From Octopus sinensis (Eukaryota), in the NCBI RefSeq assembly GCF_006345805.1, contig NC_043016.1, positions 32,860,001 through 32,924,000 on the forward strand: 64,000 nt of DNA, in the 5' to 3' direction. Below, one piece after another: positions 62,694 through 64,000 of this stretch. The translations under genes and the position numbers were made by a program. The notes beneath the pieces were generated by a model. The model was not told the origin of the DNA, searched no databases, and saw only the letters and a program-made list of their open reading frames with translations. The first letter of the stretch is position 1. The number at the start of each line of letters is the position of its first letter.

Positions 62694-64000
62694 CATATAT
62701 ACAACAGGCTTCTTTCAGTTTCTGTCTACCAAACCCACTCACAAGGCATTGGTCGGCCCGGGGCTATAGCAGAAGACACTTGCCCAAGATGCCACGCAGT
62801 GGGACTGAACCCAGAACTATGTGGTTGGTTAGCAAGCTACATACCTCACAGCCACTCCTGCACCATTTTTAATTTCTGTTACATTTCTGATCCTTTTAAG
62901 GATGGATATTGATGTGATGAGTCTTTTTCAAATGTAATTCCTAAGAATTGAAGCAGCAAATTTACTTTATTTTGGCTTACTAATTTTTCCCCAGCTAAAG
63001 TTTTCTTTTATTTACTCAAAGAGAATGGTGATAATTTTCTGAAATAGTGTTCAGATTATCTTATATTTGTTTTTAATGCATTTAGCGAAGATCATTTGCT
63101 TAGCTGATATAGTTTTTGTAAAGTAGTGAACATTTGTGAAATATATTTTTTCTAAAATTCAGAAGTGCAGTAAAAACTCATTGTGTCCCACCCCCTGTGT
63201 GTTTGTGTGTGCACGTGTGTGTGCATGTGTGTGTGTGCATATGTGTGTTTTAGGATCAGTGGCATAACTAAGGAGAGTGACCATTCCTGCCAAGCACATT
63301 TTTCAAAATTGGCACCTTTTATAAGATGTCTTAATCAATGAGATAAAAATTGTTTGGTATGTGTATGGTGCCTTCTTTTCTTTTTATGTGTTCGCTCACC
63401 TTGATTTTAGAACCTAGCTGTGCTCCTGGTTAGGGTTGTCATATCGGAACAAGCAGAACCCAGTATACTTCCACTGTCAATCACTGCAGCCTTCCATGGC
63501 CAACATACAGTAGAAGCTAAAAAAATAAACAAAAAAAAAGAAACAAATTTTCAGAATGAATTATATCAACAAATAAATGTAAGTATATTACCCAAAATGT
63601 ATCTTCCTAATGCCCCCCTCTCTCACTCAACAGCCATGTTTCTCTTCTACTATAAGACTCCTGTTTCTGTCCCTCAATACTCACTCCTCTTCAGCTGAGG
63701 AATATTGCAAGTTACTTAGTGACCTCACTGGTGATGGTGCCACATAAAAAGCACTCAGTACACTTTATAAAGTGGTTGGTGTTAGAAAAGACATCAAACC
63801 ATAAAAATCATGTCAAGGCAAACACTAGAGCTTGGTGTAGTCTCCTGTCAAGAACTTTTTCATAAAAACTTTTAAAAATACAAGAAAAAAAAAATCCACT
63901 GAATGCCATCTGATACTTTATATAACCTCCATTGGCTTTAATAACTTGTATATATCTTTTTTTCAAAGATATTTTTCTGTAGATCTGATGTTTTCAGCAT

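Larger units (their letters stand above)
51792..64000 (-). repeat. Right arm of inverted duplication B (runs off window end)
   Basis: Reverse complement of 38169..50372, with SNPs, small indels and tandem-repeat copy-number differences. Confidence 0.97.

Overview
Eukaryotic, AT-rich and repeat-dominated DNA. The SINE families, the RTE/CR1/Penelope mix and the dense (TA)n/(CA)n tracts resemble an Octopus genome; this is my recognition and was not checked by a search. Two large inverted duplications organise the window. Palindrome A (1..9015 vs 23911..33704, no gap) carries the only host gene: two convergent copies of a single large coding exon for a type II membrane nucleotide-diphospho-sugar transferase (GT77/PF03407-like). 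The right copy is open and the left is frameshifted. Their flanks are nearly identical, yet a hand alignment gives about 33 amino-acid-changing codons against 2 synonymous ones, clustered around the NDQ motif. The ~15 kb spacer holds a third partial copy of the same unit plus Tx1/L1, CR1-like and gag-deleted Gypsy elements. The right arm carries an unusual fold-back LTR mini-element. Palindrome B (38169..50372 vs 51792..64000) has a 100-N scaffold gap at the start of its right arm and is most likely two haplotypes joined head-to-head. It contains Penelope-like elements, hammerhead-ribozyme motifs (some with variant cores), a solo LTR, SINEs and satellites.
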